Assembly (NCBI RefSeq): GCF_044324785.1
Contig: NZ_CP172127.1
Strand: one strand, 5' to 3'
Length of the DNA: 64,000 bases
Origin: Escherichia coli
GTDB lineage: Bacteria; Pseudomonadota; Gammaproteobacteria; Enterobacterales; Enterobacteriaceae
Shown: positions 21,120 to 32,931 of the stretch, one piece after another
How positions within the stretch are numbered: the first letter of the stretch is position 1
How the letters are laid out: the number at the start of each line of letters is the position of its first letter
Program-made: the position numbers and the translations under genes
The notes under the pieces: generated by a model
Told to the model about the DNA's origin: nothing
What the model saw: the letters and a program-made list of their open reading frames with translations, nothing else
The model's database searches: none

Positions 21120-21884
21120 TCAGAGTCGCTGTTTTTCAGCGATATGGTGCTGACAAGCGGTGATAAAGCCCTCGAACAATATACGCGAAAGCGCGTACTC
21201 GCTACTGTTCCATTCCGGGTGCCACTGTACGCCCAGCGCAAAAGGATGATTGATGACGCTAACCGCCTCAACTAAGCCATCCGGCGAGCGAGCTTCAACA
21301 CGCAACCGTGGGCTAACGACCTTCGCCCCTTGTCCATGCAGAGAGTTTACCCAAAAGTTGCTACATTCAGGTAACAACGCAGACAGTAATCCCCCCTCTT
21401 CAACCAGAACTTCATGCGACGGCGCATATTGCTGCTCCACCGGCAGTTCGGGATCTTCCCGATGTTCCAGCAATTCAGGCTGTTCGCACAGCTTGCGATG
21501 CAACGAACCACCGGTTGCCACCACCAGTTCCTGTAAACCCCGGCAGATGGCGAAAATGGGGATGCGCCTTTCGAGTGCGGCATTAATTAACGCCATGCTC
21601 AGAAGATCACGCCCAGGATCGGCGTCAGGCTCATCGCCGTTTTCACCATATAGGTGCGGCTGCACATTGCTGGGACTACCAGGAAGATAAATACCATCGA
21701 GTTTCGGCAAAAGTTGTTCAAGTAATGACGGTTCCGCCAGCGCATGTGGCAGCGCAATTGGCAAGCCGCCTGCGTGGATGATGGCATTCAGGTACTTTTC
21801 TTGCAGAGTCTGGGTCGCATGACCCTTAAGCCTGTTCCTGCACATTACGACACCGATAACCGGATTGTTCATTATATTTTCCAT
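21120..21884 (-). CDS. puuD: Gamma-glutamyl-GABA hydrolase
   Basis: 254 aa from MENIMNNPVIGVV. Confidence 0.9.
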   Translation of the reverse strand: MENIMNNPVIGVVMCRNRLKGHATQTLQEKYLNAIIHAGGLPIALPHALAEPSLLEQLLPKLDGIYLPGSPSNVQPHLYGENGDEPDADPGRDLLSMALINAALERRIPIFAICRGLQELVVATGGSLHRKLCEQPELLEHREDPELPVEQQYAPSHEVLVEEGGLLSALLPECSNFWVNSLHGQGAKVVSPRLRVEARSPDGLVEAVSVINHPFALGVQWHPEWNSSEYALSRILFEGFITACQHHIAEKQRL

Positions 21885-22095
21885 GCTCAATCTCACAAAG
21901 TGGACTAAATTATCGCCATTACTGCGCTTTAAATGACCTTTATGTTCAATATTTTTTCAATCTAGCAGTGGGTTTTCATTTTTGCAAACTCAATTTAACA
22001 TTTGACAAACATTTAGTTTGCATACAGATTCGAATGGTGGTCATTATATTTTACGCTTTGATAACGAGCGGAAAACAAACCAAAGGCGAAGAATC

Positions 22096-23514
22096 ATGGA
22101 AACCAATATCGTTGAAGTAGAGAACTTTGTTCAGCAGTCAGAAGAGAGGCGGGGTAGCGCCTTTACGCAGGAAGTGAAACGCTACCTGGAGCGCTACCCG
22201 AATACGCAATATGTTGATGTTTTACTTACCGATTTAAATGGTTGCTTCCGTGGAAAACGTATTCCTGTTTCAAGCCTGAAGAAGCTCGAGAAAGGGTGTT
22301 ATTTCCCGGCCTCGGTATTTGCAATGGATATTCTGGGCAACGTAGTAGAAGAAGCGGGTCTGGGTCAGGAAATGGGCGAACCGGATCGTACCTGTGTTCC
22401 TGTTCTCGGTTCCTTAACCCCTTCTGCCGCCGATCCAGAGTTTATCGGTCAGATGCTCCTGACCATGGTCGATGAAGATGGCGCTCCCTTTGACGTTGAG
22501 CCGCGGAACGTTCTTAACCGCCTGTGGCAGCAGCTGCGCCAGCGCGGATTGTTCCCGGTCGTAGCGGTAGAGCTGGAGTTCTATTTACTGGATCGCCAGC
22601 GCGACGCTGAAGGGTATCTGCAACCGCCCTGCGCGCCTGGCACCGATGACCGCAATACACAAAGCCAGGTTTACTCCGTTGATAACCTCAACCACTTCGC
22701 CGACGTGCTCAATGATATTGATGAGCTGGCGCAGTTACAGCTGATTCCGGCAGATGGCGCGGTCGCCGAGGCCTCGCCAGGTCAGTTTGAAATCAATCTT
22801 TACCATACCGATAACGTGCTGGAAGCTTGCGATGATGCGCTGGCACTAAAACGCCTGGTGCGTCTGATGGCAGAAAAGCATAAGATGCACGCCACTTTTA
22901 TGGCGAAGCCGTATGAAGAGCACGCGGGCAGCGGGATGCATATCCATATCAGTATGCAAAATAATCGTGGCGAGAACGTGCTTTCTGACGCGGAAGGCGA
23001 AGATTCGCCGCTGCTGAAAAAGATGCTCGCCGGGATGATTGACCTGATGCCGTCATCAATGGCGTTGCTGGCACCAAACGTGAACTCGTATCGCCGCTTC
23101 CAGCCGGGAATGTATGTGCCGACGCAGGCGTCGTGGGGCCATAACAACCGCACCGTTGCCCTGCGTATTCCGTGCGGCGATCGTCATAATCACCGCGTGG
23201 AATATCGCGTGGCGGGTGCCGATGCCAACCCATATCTGGTGATGGCAGCGATTTTTGCCGGTATTTTGCATGGCCTTGATAACGAGCTGCCGTTGCAGGA
23301 AGAAGTCGAAGGCAACGGGCTGGAACAGGAAGGCTTACCCTTCCCGATTCGCCAGAGCGATGCCCTGGGTGAGTTTATCGAGAATGATCACCTGCGCCGC
23401 TATTTAGGCGAACGCTTCTGCCATGTCTATCACGCCTGTAAAAATGATGAGCTGTTGCAGTTTGAGCGCCTCATCACAGAAACAGAAATTGAGTGGATGT
23501 TGAAAAACGCGTAA
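22096..23514 (+). CDS. puuA: Glutamate-putrescine ligase
   Basis: 472 aa from METNIVEVENF; glutamine-synthetase fold. Confidence 0.9.
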   Translation: METNIVEVENFVQQSEERRGSAFTQEVKRYLERYPNTQYVDVLLTDLNGCFRGKRIPVSSLKKLEKGCYFPASVFAMDILGNVVEEAGLGQEMGEPDRTCVPVLGSLTPSAADPEFIGQMLLTMVDEDGAPFDVEPRNVLNRLWQQLRQRGLFPVVAVELEFYLLDRQRDAEGYLQPPCAPGTDDRNTQSQVYSVDNLNHFADVLNDIDELAQLQLIPADGAVAEASPGQFEINLYHTDNVLEACDDALALKRLVRLMAEKHKMHATFMAKPYEEHAGSGMHIHISMQNNRGENVLSDAEGEDSPLLKKMLAGMIDLMPSSMALLAPNVNSYRRFQPGMYVPTQASWGHNNRTVALRIPCGDRHNHRVEYRVAGADANPYLVMAAIFAGILHGLDNELPLQEEVEGNGLEQEGLPFPIRQSDALGEFIENDHLRRYLGERFCHVYHACKNDELLQFERLITETEIEWMLKNA

Positions 23515-23816
23515 TACCCCTTGCGGGGTTGTTTCATCGGCCTGAGCGGAGCCAGGCCTGACATTTGCTGGTAATCCAGACATTTTCCGGATGTCGCGTT
23601 ATGGAGCGCAGGCGGCAACGGGCTTCCGTTAACGATTAAGACTGTGACGAGGAAATGAGATGATGCCGATGATTAAATCCCCGCATGGCGAGGGAGGCTG
23701 CGTATGCGCCCCTCCTGCGACTGACTGGACTCCGCCCCCTTTGCTTCCCTTGCTAAACAGGTTTGATTTCAGGTCGACACGACCGCAAACCTTATTACGC
23801 AGGGGAGGCAGCAATT

Positions 23817-25202
23817 ATGGCTATTAATTCACCACTGAATATTGCTGCGCAACCCGGCAAAACCCGTCTGCGAAAATCACTGAAATTGTGGCAGGTGGTG
23901 ATGATGGGTCTGGCCTATCTCACGCCGATGACTGTGTTCGATACCTTTGGTATTGTCTCCGGCATTAGCGACGGTCACGTTCCGGCGTCCTATTTGCTGG
24001 CGCTGGCGGGCGTGCTGTTTACCGCTATCAGCTACGGCAAACTGGTTCGCCAGTTTCCGGAAGCCGGTTCGGCCTATACCTACGCGCAAAAGTCGATTAA
24101 CCCGCACGTCGGATTTATGGTCGGCTGGTCATCGCTGCTGGATTATCTCTTTTTGCCGATGATCAACGTCTTGTTGGCGAAAATCTATCTCTCCGCCCTC
24201 TTCCCGGAAGTGCCGCCGTGGGTGTGGGTGGTAACCTTCGTCGCCATTTTAACCGCCGCGAATCTGAAGAGCGTCAACCTGGTCGCAAACTTCAATACCC
24301 TGTTTGTACTGGTGCAAATCTCCATCATGGTGGTGTTTATCTTCCTGGTGGTTCAGGGACTGCATAAAGGAGAAGGCGTTGGCACCGTCTGGTCACTTCA
24401 GCCGTTTATCAGCGAGAACGCGCACCTGATCCCGATTATTACCGGGGCGACGATTGTCTGTTTCTCCTTCCTCGGTTTCGATGCGGTGACCACGCTTTCG
24501 GAAGAGACGCCGGACGCCGCACGCGTGATCCCTAAAGCCATCTTCCTGACGGCGGTATACGGCGGCGTTATCTTTATCGCTGCGTCGTTCTTTATGCAGC
24601 TGTTCTTTCCCGATATCAGCCGCTTTAAAGACCCGGACGCCGCACTGCCTGAAATTGCGCTGTACGTCGGCGGCAAGCTCTTCCAGTCGATTTTCCTCTG
24701 CACCACGTTTGTGAACACGTTAGCGTCTGGCCTGGCTTCACATGCCAGCGTGTCGCGTCTGCTGTATGTGATGGGGCGTGACAATGTGTTTCCGGAGCGC
24801 GTGTTTGGCTATGTGCACCCGAAATGGCGCACGCCAGCGCTGAACGTCATTATGGTCGGGATTGTTGCGCTGTCGGCGCTGTTCTTTGATTTAGTCACCG
24901 CGACAGCATTGATTAACTTCGGTGCTCTGGTGGCATTTACCTTCGTAAATCTGTCGGTGTTTAATCATTTCTGGCGGCGTAAAGGAATGAATAAAAGCTG
25001 GAAGGATCACTTCCACTATTTGCTGATGCCGCTGGTTGGCGCGCTGACGGTGGGTGTGCTGTGGGTTAACCTCGAGTCAACGTCACTGACACTCGGTTTG
25101 GTATGGGCTTCATTAGGCGGCGCATATTTGTGGTATCTGATCCGCCGCTATCGCAAAGTGCCGTTGTATGATGGTGACAGAACGCCGGTGAGCGAAACGT
25201 AA
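23817..25202 (+). CDS. puuP: Putrescine importer
   Basis: 461 aa from [12 protein letters not shown]; APC-family permease. Confidence 0.9.
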
Positions 25203-25335
25203 TAGTCGGATGCGCGGCGCATTATCCTGCCTGAGGGTAATGCACCGCGCCATTAACTATAAAAAGATGTATGACCCGGATCACGAGTGCTATCATCCGC
25301 CCTTATGCTTAGCGCATTAACCCCAGGGGCAAACA

Positions 25336-25581
25336 ATGAACCACGATATCCCGCTAAAATATTTTGATATTGCCGATGAGTACGCGACCGAATGCGCAGA
25401 GCCTGTCGCAGACGCTGAACGCACACCGCTGGCCCACTACTTCCAGTTACTGCTCACCCGTTTGATGAACAATGAAGAAATCAGCGAAGAAGCCCAACAT
25501 GAAATGGCTGCTGAAGCGGGGATTAATCCCGTACGCATTGATGAGATCGCAGAGTTTTTGAATCAATGGGGTAATGAGTAA
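25336..25581 (+). CDS. ymjA: Small protein YmjA
   Basis: 81-aa ORF at the conserved position between puuP and sapA. Confidence 0.7.
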   Translation: MNHDIPLKYFDIADEYATECAEPVADAERTPLAHYFQLLLTRLMNNEEISEEAQHEMAAEAGINPVRIDEIAEFLNQWGNE

Positions 25582-25612
25582 TTATTTCATTGCAGACGCT
25601 CGGTCAGTATCG

Positions 25613-25654
25613 TTGCCCGGATAAAGCGTTCACGCCGCATCCGGCTAAAAATGA
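25613..25654 (-). repeat. REP element
   Basis: Reverse complement reads GCCGGATGCGGCGTGAACGCTTTATCCGGGCAA. Confidence 0.75.
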
Positions 25655-25893
25655 CACGCACTGCAGCGTGCCTTAATGGGTTTCTCACGATCGTACCGCT
25701 CTGCTCCTCGCTAAGTTGTTCTGTGAGTTATAGTTATAGAGAAATCACGGGTACGAATGTTGAACAGATGGCGACGTCACCTGTTCAACGACCAACCACA
25801 CGGCCCTCATTAAGACCCCTGAACACAAACGGTAATGGCAAATGTCATTAAATATTAGTAAGATAGCCTCTTTACATAAAATCCCTTAATATT

Positions 25894-27537
25894 ATGCGCC
25901 AGGTATTATCGTCTCTTTTGGTGATTGCTGGACTTGTGAGTGGTCAGGCAATCGCCGCGCCTGAATCCCCCCCGCATGCTGATATCCGCGACAGCGGTTT
26001 TGTCTATTGCGTTAGCGGGCAAGTCAACACCTTTAACCCATCCAAAGCGAGCAGTGGGTTAATTGTCGATACCCTTGCCGCCCAGTTTTATGATCGACTG
26101 CTGGATGTCGATCCCTATACCTATCGCCTGATGCCGGAACTTGCCGAAAGCTGGGAAGTTCTCGACAACGGCGCGACCTATCGCTTCCACCTGCGTCGCG
26201 ATGTTCCGTTTCAAAAAACCGACTGGTTTACTCCCACTCGTAAAATGAATGCCGACGATGTGGTGTTTACCTTCCAGCGAATTTTTGACCGCAACAACCC
26301 GTGGCATAACGTCAACGGCAGCAACTTCCCCTACTTCGACAGCCTGCAATTTGCCGATAACGTGAAAAGCGTCCGCAAACTGGATAATCATACGGTTGAG
26401 TTCCGACTCGCCCAGCCGGATGCTTCTTTTTTGTGGCACCTGGCGACCCATTATGCATCGGTCATGTCGGCAGAATATGCCGGGAAGTTAGAGAAAGAAG
26501 ATCGCCAGGAACAACTCGACCGTCAACCGGTTGGCACCGGTCCGTATCAGTTGTCGGAATACCGCGCCGGGCAATTTATTCGCTTACAACGTCATGATGA
26601 TTTCTGGCGTGGTAAGCCGTTGATGCCACAAGTGGTGGTGGATTTAGGCTCTGGCGGTACAGGACGATTGTCGAAACTCCTGACCGGGGAGTGCGACGTT
26701 CTGGCCTGGCCTGCTGCCAGTCAGCTATCCATTTTGCGTGACGACCCACGCTTGCGTTTAACGCTGCGTCCTGGGATGAACGTCGCCTATCTGGCATTTA
26801 ACACCGCCAAGCCGCCGCTAAATAATCCCGCTGTCCGCCATGCGCTGGCACTGGCGATCAATAACCAGCGTCTGATGCAATCCATCTATTATGGTACGGC
26901 TGAAACGGCAGCCTCTATTTTACCGCGCGCCTCGTGGGCCTATGACAACGAGGCTAAAATTACTGAATACAATCCGGCGAAATCGCGCGAACAGTTGAAG
27001 GCGTTGGGGCTGGAAAACTTAACGCTGAAACTGTGGGTGCCAACACGTTCGCAGGCGTGGAACCCCAGTCCACTGAAAACCGCCGAACTGATTCAGGCGG
27101 ATATGGCACAGGTTGGCGTAAAAGTGGTGATTGTGCCGGTAGAAGGTCGCTTTCAGGAGGCGCGGTTGATGGATATGAGCCATGATCTGACGTTATCCGG
27201 TTGGGCGACTGACAGTAACGACCCGGACAGTTTCTTCCGTCCGTTACTGAGCTGCGCAGCAATTCATTCGCAGACCAACCTCGCCCACTGGTGCGATCCG
27301 AAATTCGACAGCGTGTTGCGTAAGGCGCTCTCCTCGCAGCAGCTGGCGGCGCGTATTGAAGCCTATGACGAAGCGCAAAGTATTCTGGCGCAGGAATTAC
27401 CTATTCTGCCGCTGGCGTCGTCATTGCGTTTGCAGGCCTATCGGTACGATATCAAAGGTCTGGTACTTAGTCCGTTTGGTAACGCCTCCTTTGCTGGGGT
27501 GTATCGCGAGAAACAGGATGAGGTGAAAAAACCATGA
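25894..27537 (+). CDS. sapA: ABC transporter periplasmic binding protein SapA
   Basis: 547 aa with signal peptide. Confidence 0.9.
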   Translation: MRQVLSSLLVIAGLVSGQAIAAPESPPHADIRDSGFVYCVSGQVNTFNPSKASSGLIVDTLAAQFYDRLLDVDPYTYRLMPELAESWEVLDNGATYRFHLRRDVPFQKTDWFTPTRKMNADDVVFTFQRIFDRNNPWHNVNGSNFPYFDSLQFADNVKSVRKLDNHTVEFRLAQPDASFLWHLATHYASVMSAEYAGKLEKEDRQEQLDRQPVGTGPYQLSEYRAGQFIRLQRHDDFWRGKPLMPQVVVDLGSGGTGRLSKLLTGECDVLAWPAASQLSILRDDPRLRLTLRPGMNVAYLAFNTAKPPLNNPAVRHALALAINNQRLMQSIYYGTAETAASILPRASWAYDNEAKITEYNPAKSREQLKALGLENLTLKLWVPTRSQAWNPSPLKTAELIQADMAQVGVKVVIVPVEGRFQEARLMDMSHDLTLSGWATDSNDPDSFFRPLLSCAAIHSQTNLAHWCDPKFDSVLRKALSSQQLAARIEAYDEAQSILAQELPILPLASSLRLQAYRYDIKGLVLSPFGNASFAGVYREKQDEVKKP

Positions 27538-28499
27538 TTATCTTCACCTTACGCCGCATTTTGTTATTGATTGTCACCTTGTTCCTGCTGACCTTCGTTG
27601 GCTTCAGTTTGAGCTATTTCACTCCACACGCGCCGTTACAAGGCGCGTCACTGTGGAATGCCTGGGTGTTCTGGTTTAATGGCCTGATCCACTGGGATTT
27701 TGGTGTTTCCAGCATTAACGGTCAACCAATTGCCGAACAGTTAAAAGAGGTCTTCCCGGCGACGATGGAACTGTGCATCCTCGCCTTCGGTTTTGCGCTG
27801 ATTGTTGGCATCCCCGTGGGGATGATTGCCGGGATTACGCGCCATAAGTGGCAGGATAACTTGATCAACGCCATCGCCTTACTGGGCTTTTCAATCCCGG
27901 TGTTCTGGCTGGCGCTTCTGTTGACGCTGTTTTGTTCACTCACGCTAGGTTGGTTGCCCGTTTCAGGGCGTTTCGATCTGCTCTACGAAGTGAAACCGAT
28001 TACCGGTTTTGCGTTGATTGATGCCTGGCTTTCGGACTCACCATGGCGGGATGAAATGGTCATGAGCGCAATCCGCCATATGATATTGCCCGTGATCACC
28101 CTGTCGGTTGCGCCAACAACTGAAGTGATCCGACTGATGCGTATCAGCACTATCGAAGTGTATGACCAGAACTATGTTAAAGCAGCGGCGACCCGCGGTT
28201 TGTCGCGCTTTACTATTTTGCGTCGCCACGTTCTGCATAACGCGTTACCTCCGGTTATTCCTCGCCTGGGCTTACAGTTTTCTACCATGCTGACGCTGGC
28301 GATGATCACCGAAATGGTTTTTAGCTGGCCGGGTTTAGGCCGCTGGTTAATTAACGCTATCCGCCAGCAGGATTACGCAGCCATTTCCGCCGGAGTGATG
28401 GTGTGTGGCTCACTGGTCATTATTGTTAACGTGATTTCTGATATTTTGGGTGCCATGGCTAACCCTCTGAAACATAAGGAATGGTATGCCTTACGATAG
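27534..28499 (+). CDS. sapB: ABC transporter permease SapB
   Basis: 321 aa. Confidence 0.9.
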
Positions 28500-29376
28500 C
28501 GTATACAGCGAAAAGCGCCCGCCGGGCACGCTGCGTACCGCCTGGCGCAAATTTTATAGTGATGCCTCTGCGATGGTCGGCCTGTACGGCTGCGCGGGGC
28601 TGGCTGTACTGTGTATTTTTGGCGGCTGGTTTGCGCCTTACGGCATCGATCAGCAATTTCTCGGTTATCAATTATTGCCGCCGTCATGGTCGCGCTATGG
28701 CGAAGTTTCTTTCTTCCTGGGGACTGACGACCTCGGACGCGATGTTTTAAGCCGTTTACTGAGCGGAGCTGCGCCAACCGTAGGCGGCGCATTTGTGGTG
28801 ACGCTTGCCGCTACGATCTGTGGCCTGGTACTGGGCACCTTCGCCGGGGCGACGCACGGCCTACGCTCAGCGGTGCTTAACCATATTCTGGATACCTTAC
28901 TGGCGATCCCTTCCCTGCTGCTGGCAATTATCGTTGTAGCGTTTGCCGGACCGAGTTTGTCTCACGCCATGTTTGCCGTCTGGCTGGCGCTACTGCCGCG
29001 TATGGTACGTTCGATTTACAGCATGGTGCATGACGAACTGGAAAAAGAGTACGTCATCGCCGCCCGTCTGGATGGCGCATCAACGCTGAATATTCTCTGG
29101 TTTGCTGTGATGCCAAACATCACCGCCGGGCTGGTCACCGAGATCACCCGCGCACTGTCGATGGCAATTCTCGATATCGCCGCGCTGGGCTTTCTCGATC
29201 TCGGCGCGCAACTCCCCTCGCCTGAATGGGGAGCGATGCTCGGTGATGCGCTGGAACTGATTTATGTCGCCCCGTGGACTGTCATGCTGCCAGGTGCGGC
29301 AATTATGATTAGCGTGCTGTTGGTTAACCTCCTTGGCGACGGTGTCCGTCGTGCAATTATTGCGGGGGTGGAATAA
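28486..29376 (+). CDS. sapC: ABC transporter permease SapC
   Basis: 296 aa. Confidence 0.9.
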
Positions 29377-30368
29377 TGCCATTACTCGATATTCGTAACC
29401 TGACCATTGAATTTAAAACCGGTGATGAGTGGGTTAAAGCCGTCGACCGCGTAAGTATGACCTTAACCGAAGGTGAAATCCGCGGTCTTGTTGGTGAATC
29501 CGGTTCCGGCAAGAGTTTGATTGCGAAAGCAATTTGTGGGGTGAATAAAGATAACTGGCGTGTTACAGCTGATCGTATGCGTTTTGATGATATCGATTTG
29601 CTGCGTCTCTCCGCACGCGAACGGCGCAAGCTGGTTGGTCACAACGTGTCGATGATTTTCCAGGAACCGCAGTCGTGTCTTGACCCTTCAGAACGTGTGG
29701 GTCGCCAGTTGATGCAAAACATCCCAGCCTGGACCTATAAAGGCCGTTGGTGGCAGCGTTTTGGCTGGCGCAAACGCCGTGCCATTGAACTGCTGCACCG
29801 CGTGGGGATTAAAGATCACAAAGATGCGATGCGCAGTTTTCCCTATGAGTTGACCGAAGGTGAATGTCAGAAAGTGATGATAGCCATTGCACTGGCGAAT
29901 CAACCGCGTCTGCTGATTGCTGACGAACCGACAAACTCAATGGAGCCAACAACCCAGGCGCAAATCTTTCGCCTGCTGACGCGTCTCAACCAAAACAGCA
30001 ATACCACTATTTTGCTTATCAGCCATGACTTACAAATGCTTAGCCAATGGGCGGATAAAATTAACGTGCTTTACTGCGGTCAAACGGTGGAAACCGCGCC
30101 AAGTAAGGAGTTGGTGACAATGCCACATCATCCTTATACCCAGGCGCTGATCCGCGCGATACCAGACTTCGGCAGCGCGATGCCGCATAAAAGTCGCCTC
30201 AATACGCTGCCCGGCGCTATCCCACTGCTGGAACAGTTACCGATTGGGTGTCGTCTGGGGCCGCGTTGCCCGTATGCACAACGAGAATGCATTGTGACGC
30301 CACGTTTGACGGGGGCGAAAAATCATCTCTATGCCTGTCATTTCCCGCTGAACATGGAGAAAGAGTGA
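29376..30368 (+). CDS. sapD: ABC transporter ATPase SapD
   Basis: 330 aa; Walker A GESGSGKS. Confidence 0.9.
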
Positions 30369-30369
30369 G

Positions 30370-31176
30370 ATGATCGAAACGTTGCTTGAAGTGCGTAATT
30401 TAAGTAAAACGTTCCGCTACCGGACCGGCTGGTTTCGTCGTCAGACCGTAGAAGCGGTAAAACCCTTGAGCTTTACGCTACGTGAAGGCCAGACACTGGC
30501 GATCATTGGCGAGAATGGTTCTGGTAAATCCACGCTGGCAAAAATGCTGGCGGGAATGATAGAACCTACCAGCGGCGAGTTATTGATTGACGATCATCCG
30601 CTGCATTTTGGCGATTATTCCTTCCGCAGTCAGCGTATCCGCATGATTTTTCAGGATCCTTCGACCTCGTTGAATCCCCGTCAACGTATCTCGCAAATTC
30701 TGGATTTTCCACTGCGTCTGAACACCGATCTGGAACCTGAACAGCGTCGCAAACAGATTATTGAAACGATGCGTATGGTTGGGCTGCTACCGGATCACGT
30801 CAGTTACTATCCGCATATGTTGGCACCCGGGCAAAAACAGCGTCTGGGGCTGGCGCGCGCGCTGATATTGCGCCCAAAAGTCATTATTGCCGATGAAGCC
30901 CTCGCCTCACTGGATATGTCGATGCGTTCGCAGTTGATTAATCTGATGCTGGAGTTACAGGAAAAACAGGGCATTTCGTATATTTATGTTACCCAGCATA
31001 TCGGAATGATGAAGCACATTAGCGACCAGGTGCTGGTGATGCATCAGGGCGAGGTTGTCGAGCGAGGCAGCACCGCGGATGTGCTGGCATCGCCGCTGCA
31101 TGAACTCACCAAACGGCTTATTGCCGGTCATTTTGGCGAGGCATTGACGGCGGATGCGTGGCGTAAGGACCGTTAA
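30370..31176 (+). CDS. sapF: ABC transporter ATPase SapF
   Basis: 268 aa; Walker A GENGSGKS. Confidence 0.9.
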   Translation: MIETLLEVRNLSKTFRYRTGWFRRQTVEAVKPLSFTLREGQTLAIIGENGSGKSTLAKMLAGMIEPTSGELLIDDHPLHFGDYSFRSQRIRMIFQDPSTSLNPRQRISQILDFPLRLNTDLEPEQRRKQIIETMRMVGLLPDHVSYYPHMLAPGQKQRLGLARALILRPKVIIADEALASLDMSMRSQLINLMLELQEKQGISYIYVTQHIGMMKHISDQVLVMHQGEVVERGSTADVLASPLHELTKRLIAGHFGEALTADAWRKDR

Positions 31177-31805
31177 CAGGTTTCCTGGCTAGTACAATAT
31201 TCTTCACCGATAGCATCAGGGTCGATAAAGGGATACTCATTTTGCATAATATCCTGTAAATATTGTGCAAAATTAACAGCAATGACCTGATAGCTATCGG
31301 GATCATGTAAATAACGAACAATTTGTCCAGATTTTCCTTTTGGAGATGGAGAAAAGTCGATATATAAACGTGAAGTGCCGCCATTATTAATGCAATGAGC
31401 AAAACAGAGCCAGCGATGAAACGGTACAGTTGGATCTATACGTTCATCAACATCGACTTCGTCCATTTGCCCATCGTAGATTTTCATGATGGATTCCTGA
31501 CCAAACCATGACTTTCTTTCCTCCAAAATCTGCTGGGCAGACTGGAGATAATAGGGATATTCTCCGCCTTCAACATCCGCCCCTAAAACGGGTAAAAATA
31601 CCTTTTTATCCTGATGTTGTTGAAAATAAGTTCCCTTGATCTGGCGAAGCAAACCGAGTAAATCCTCCGAAGAATCAGGATATTCATGGAGAAGTTCTGT
31701 TATATCGCTTTCTTGCGCTCCAGACAGTGTTGCAAATAATGCCCTGACATCCGTTGGCAAATGTGCGGCAAGCCCGGCCAAATATTCCTGATACATTGTC
31801 ATCAT
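31173..31805 (-). CDS. Hypothetical 210-aa protein, low-GC; possibly SUKH/SMI1-KNR4-like
   Basis: Convergent with sapF, stop codons overlapping; visibly AT-rich against the surrounding DNA. Family assignment is a guess from the C-terminal NNGGTSRLYIDFSP...GQIV pattern. Confidence 0.5.
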   Translation of the reverse strand: MMTMYQEYLAGLAAHLPTDVRALFATLSGAQESDITELLHEYPDSSEDLLGLLRQIKGTYFQQHQDKKVFLPVLGADVEGGEYPYYLQSAQQILEERKSWFGQESIMKIYDGQMDEVDVDERIDPTVPFHRWLCFAHCINNGGTSRLYIDFSPSPKGKSGQIVRYLHDPDSYQVIAVNFAQYLQDIMQNEYPFIDPDAIGEEYCTSQETC

Positions 31806-31999
31806 AACGTCCTTTTTTAATCCATAATGAACAGCGTGTTTTGACTGTTTTTCTTAACAAAAGTTCCTGCTGTGCAACGCTCTGGCTCTTTAGTCCTTTC
31901 GTCGCTTATAATAGCTTTTTTCGGTCTTCCTCTTTCTCAAGAGAAAAGCTGCCTGATGTACAGGCACTGAAACGAGTATCAACAATAAGGATTAAAGCT

Positions 32000-32788
32000 A
32001 TGGGTTTTCTTTCCGGTAAGCGCATTCTGGTAACCGGTGTTGCCAGCAAACTGTCCATCGCCTACGGTATCGCTCAGGCGATGCACCGCGAAGGAGCTGA
32101 ACTGGCATTCACCTACCAGAACGACAAACTGAAAGGCCGCGTAGAAGAATTTGCCGCTCAATTGGGTTCTGACATCGTTCTGCAGTGCGATGTTGCAGAA
32201 GATGCCAGCATCGACACCATGTTCGCTGAACTGGGGAAAGTTTGGCCGAAATTTGACGGTTTCGTACACTCTATTGGTTTTGCACCTGGCGATCAGCTGG
32301 ATGGTGACTATGTTAACGCCGTTACCCGTGAAGGCTTCAAAATTGCCCACGACATCAGCTCCTACAGCTTCGTTGCAATGGCAAAAGCTTGCCGCTCCAT
32401 GCTGAATCCGGGTTCTGCCCTGCTGACCCTTTCCTACCTTGGCGCTGAGCGCGCTATCCCGAACTACAACGTTATGGGTCTGGCAAAAGCGTCTCTGGAA
32501 GCAAACGTGCGCTATATGGCGAACGCGATGGGTCCGGAAGGTGTGCGTGTTAACGCCATCTCTGCTGGTCCGATCCGTACTCTGGCGGCTTCCGGTATCA
32601 AAGACTTCCGCAAAATGCTGGCTCATTGCGAAGCCGTTACCCCGATTCGCCGTACCGTTACCATTGAAGATGTGGGTAACTCTGCGGCATTCCTGTGCTC
32701 CGATCTCTCTGCCGGTATCTCCGGTGAAGTGGTCCACGTTGACGGCGGTTTCAGCATCGCTGCAATGAACGAACTCGAACTGAAATAA
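32000..32788 (+). CDS. fabI: Enoyl-ACP reductase (NADH)
   Basis: 262 aa from [16 protein letters not shown]; the ORF-track start at 31841 is an upstream extension. Confidence 0.95.
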
Positions 32789-32805
32789 TCGTTCTGTTGG
32801 TCAAG

Positions 32806-32835
32806 ACGGGCGGCGTTCTGCCGCCCGTTATCTCT
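32806..32835 (+). terminator. Rho-independent terminator after fabI
   Basis: ACGGGCGGC-gttct-GCCGCCCGT followed by a T-rich tract. Confidence 0.7.
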
Positions 32836-32931
32836 GTTATACCTTTCTGATATTTGTTATCGCCGATCCGTCTTTCTCCCCTTCCCGCCTTGCGTCAGGA
32901 TAACGATTTCCTTTACGACCAAGGAGCGCCC

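Noticed and set aside
22018-22095. N-terminal extensions of ORF-track entries for puuA (and likewise mpaA, fabI, yciW, ribA, pyrF, topA, tyrR, yciO, puuC, puuD, pspF, pspD, ycjG, puuP)
   Set aside because: In each case an internal ATG with a better ribosome-binding site matches the remembered N-terminus of the known protein; the upstream in-frame segment is just open frame.
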